Shown: positions 61,961-64,000 of the stretch, in pieces
Numbering within the stretch: position 1 is the stretch's first letter
Layout: each line of letters opens with the position of its first letter
DNA from: Alphaproteobacteria bacterium
GTDB taxonomy: Bacteria; Pseudomonadota; Alphaproteobacteria; Bin95
NCBI GenBank assembly: GCA_020638555.1
Contig: JACKII010000006.1
Span: 137,140-201,139 of the forward strand
Direction of reading: 5' to 3'
DNA length: 64,000 bases
Made by a program: the position numbers and the translations under genes
The notes under the pieces: model-generated
Told to the model about the DNA's origin: nothing
The model's database searches: none
The model's input: the letters and a program-made list of their open reading frames with translations, nothing else

Positions 61961-63243
61961 ATAGAGGCCCTCAGTTGAACAAGTTTCTCGGCCCCCTTCC
62001 CCTCCAGGAATCGGCCCCAGGCTTCTAGCATCCCGCGCCGCCGCTCCAGCATGTCAGATCGGCGGTAGGCTCTTTCGACTTCCGTGCCGACCGTGTGCGC
62101 GAGAGCGATTTCCGCCATGTCGCGCGGGTATCCCCGCTCATCCGCCCAATCGCGGAATGTCGAGCGTATTCCGTGAGGTACAGCGGGCCGTTTGCTTCGG
62201 GGGTCAAGATACCCTTCCCTCCCCGCGTCGGCCTCTGCCTTGTGAATGCGGCGCGTGACGGCCGACAGGCTCATATCCGAGAGGGGTCCACCGCGCGGGG
62301 CAAAGAACACGACCTCCGAACCCTCCAGTCGCGGCAGCCGGGACAGCAATGCGACGGCCTCTTGTGTCAGGGGGACTCGATGCTCGCGGCCCGCCTTCAT
62401 GCGTTCCGCTGGGATGGTCCAAACTGCGGCGCTTGGGCTGGGGCCTGGCGATCCAAGATCGACCTCACCCCATACCATGCCCCGCACTTCGCCGGATCGG
62501 CATGCGGTCAGCGTCAGGAATTGCAGCGCCTGTGCTGCCATCCCTGCCCTGCCCTGTAGGTCTTCCCACCAGCGCGGCATGTCGGCCAAAGCGACGGCCG
62601 GGTGGTTTCCCGCTCGTGCTACCCTGGCGGGCTTGGGCAGGACTTCCGAAAGGTTGCCCTTCCATCGCGCCGGGTTGTCGCCCTCCCGATAGCCGGCAAC
62701 GGTTGCCCAGGATAGCACCGCCTCGATGCGCCCTCGAAGCCGCGAGGCCGTCTCGGTCTTGGTCGACCAGATCGGCTCAAGGACACGCAGAATATCGCTC
62801 ATGGTGATCGACCGGACGGGCAATTCCCCTAGCGCCGGCCGGGCGTAGGTGTCCAAGGTGGAGCGCCATTGCTTCTGGTGTTTCTCGTTGCGGAATTCAT
62901 CCAGCTTCGAGGCCAGATACTTTTCCACCGCCTGCTGAAAGGTCAGGGCATCCCGCTGCCTCTGCTTTTCCGCCAGCGGGTTTCCGCCGCCTCGAACGAT
63001 CCGCTTATTCTCGAACGCCGCTTCGCGCGCATCGGCCAGCGACACCAGAGGCGGGCTGCCAAGGCCAAGTTCCCGCCGCTTCCCATGAATGGTGAGCCGC
63101 TGCACCCAGAACCGCGAGCCGTTCGGTTCGACCCGCAGGTAAAGGCCGAACCCGCCGCCGTCATGATGCTTCCCCGGCCCTGCGGATTTCACCCTCGCGG
63201 CGGTAAGCGTCTTGGCTGCCCGTCGTTCCATCGCCCTGGCCAT
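61957..63243 (-). CDS. int: Tyrosine recombinase, P4-type integrase with DUF4102 arm-binding N-terminus
   Basis: HDGGGFGLYLRVEPNGSRFWVQRLTIHGKRRELGLG is DUF4102-like. Catalytic blocks TACRSGEVRGMVW, HGIRSTFRDW and ALAHTVGTEVERAYRRSD. Confidence 0.92.
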   Translation of the reverse strand: MARAMERRAAKTLTAARVKSAGPGKHHDGGGFGLYLRVEPNGSRFWVQRLTIHGKRRELGLGSPPLVSLADAREAAFENKRIVRGGGNPLAEKQRQRDALTFQQAVEKYLASKLDEFRNEKHQKQWRSTLDTYARPALGELPVRSITMSDILRVLEPIWSTKTETASRLRGRIEAVLSWATVAGYREGDNPARWKGNLSEVLPKPARVARAGNHPAVALADMPRWWEDLQGRAGMAAQALQFLTLTACRSGEVRGMVWGEVDLGSPGPSPSAAVWTIPAERMKAGREHRVPLTQEAVALLSRLPRLEGSEVVFFAPRGGPLSDMSLSAVTRRIHKAEADAGREGYLDPRSKRPAVPHGIRSTFRDWADERGYPRDMAEIALAHTVGTEVERAYRRSDMLERRRGMLEAWGRFLEGKGAEKLVQLRASI

Positions 63244-63386
63244 TCTTCCTCCATTTCTTCCCCCTCAATGACGCGGATTTGAGCGTATCAGAGCGGACGA
63301 CAATGGACAAGAGAAGTCAAATAACCGCTTATTTTCAATGGGATTTGTGAACATTCGCGAACATCGCCGGATTCGACGATGGCGGA

Positions 63387-63400
63387 CACCCCATCCGCCA
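63387..63400 (+). repeat. attR core (duplicated tRNA-Ser 3' end)
   Basis: CACCCCATCCGCCA, identical to 54561..54574. The upstream GGATTCGA partly echoes the tRNA T-arm GGTTCGAA. Confidence 0.8.
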
Positions 63401-63413
63401 ATCTCGGTCGCTG

Positions 63414-63746
63414 TTATCCCATCATCCGGTAGTTCAGGTCGAACATTACCCATATCGCGCCGGCGATGATGATCGCGCCAATCACCACCGCCAATGTCAG
63501 GGCGATCGTGGCCTCCAGCGGCACGCGCTTGGTCGAATAGTGCAGAAAATACCGCAGATGCACCAGGATCTGTGCCAGCGCGAAGACCGTGACGATGAGA
63601 AAGGTGCCGGATTTGCCCACATCGCCGGCGGCCACGACATAGAACGGGACGCCGGTCAGGGCGATGGCCAACAGGAAACCCGTGAGATAGTCCGCTATTG
63701 GGGGCTTGTGCAGAAAGAATGGCAGGTCTTCGTCGCGGTCGCTCAT
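63414..63746 (-). CDS. cyoD: Cytochrome o ubiquinol oxidase subunit IV
   Basis: 110 aa with three TM helices. YLTGFLLAIALTGVPFYVV ... ALAQILVHLRYFLH is typical of CyoD. ATGA overlap with the upstream cyoC. Confidence 0.82.
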   Translation of the reverse strand: MSDRDEDLPFFLHKPPIADYLTGFLLAIALTGVPFYVVAAGDVGKSGTFLIVTVFALAQILVHLRYFLHYSTKRVPLEATIALTLAVVIGAIIIAGAIWVMFDLNYRMMG

Positions 63747-64000
63747 TTGACCAATCCCGGCAGGTAAACAAAGGAGAAGATGCCAATCCAGATCAGGTCG
63801 AGGAAGTGCCAGAACAGGCCCAGCCGATACAGTCGCGACAGAACCGGATGGGTCAGGCCCTTGACCTGAATTTGAACGAACATCACCGCAAGCATGAGCA
63901 GGCCAAAGCTTACATGCAGGCCGTGGGTGCCGACCAGGGCGACGAAGCCGGAGAGGAAGCCGCTACGCTGCGGTGTTGCGCCGTTGGCGGCCATTTCCGC
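63743..64000 (-). CDS. cyoC: Cytochrome o ubiquinol oxidase subunit III, C-terminal part (gene continues beyond the window)
   Basis: GTHGLHVSFGLLMLAVMFVQI ... LGLFWHFLDLIWIGIFSFVYL is the conserved subunit III C-terminus. The listed Met is not the true start. Confidence 0.78.
   Translation of the reverse strand, partial: AEMAANGATPQRSGFLSGFVALVGTHGLHVSFGLLMLAVMFVQIQVKGLTHPVLSRLYRLGLFWHFLDLIWIGIFSFVYLPGLVK

Larger units (their letters stand above)
54561..63400. mobile_element. tRNA-Ser-integrated ~8.8-kb integrative element (P4-like/PICI-like satellite or defective integrative element)
   Basis: The exact 14-bp direct repeat CACCCCATCCGCCA occurs at 54561..54574 (tRNA 3' end) and 63387..63400. 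The interior encodes integrase, AlpA, Toprim primase, DUF927 helicase, an iteron array, an HK97 capsid and an XRE regulator. Chromosomal cyoD resumes 13 nt after the right repeat. Confidence 0.85.

Overview
This is a high-GC window, roughly two-thirds G+C by eye, with alphaproteobacterial-type chromosome content. All protein family assignments come from reading motifs in the supplied translations, with no database search.

**Housekeeping core:** rluD, rpoH, gyrA (GyrA box present), coaD, pyrC-like dihydroorotase, metG, tatD, tRNA-Glu(CUC), tRNA-Ser(UGA), and the end of a cyo oxidase operon.

**Transport and metabolism:**
- Three TRAP transporter loci.
- An AcrAB-type RND pair.
- Many small-molecule enzymes: four VOC/glyoxalase paralogues, GMC oxidoreductase, amidohydrolase-2, LLM oxidoreductase, SDR, CDA-fold deaminase, DUF3445, and a CoxL-like Mo-hydroxylase.

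**Surface proteins:** three signal-peptide-less or sorting-signal surface proteins, each preceded by a strikingly AT-rich leader.
- A beta-helix/RTX protein.
- A 2058-aa SdrD-B/cadherin-like adhesin.
- A PEP-CTERM protein.

**Regions most worth a second look:**
1. An ~8.8-kb integrative, satellite-like element lies at tRNA-Ser (54561..63400), bounded by a 14-bp direct repeat.
   - It encodes a P4-type integrase, AlpA, a Toprim primase, a DUF927 helicase, an XRE regulator and a lone, frame-disrupted HK97 capsid gene.
   - It carries a positionally perfect dyad array of 12 GTGGGAC iterons.
   - It has unknown cargo genes at both ends, one of ~41% GC translationally coupled to int.
2. A stand-alone 701-aa protein with no signal peptide fuses a trypsin-like serine protease to an Endonuclease I domain (24879..26984).
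3. The adhesin has a tandem 357-bp repeat array with an exact duplicate pair and an indel-riddled zone.

Many long ORFs in the track are antisense shadows typical of high-GC DNA and were rejected.
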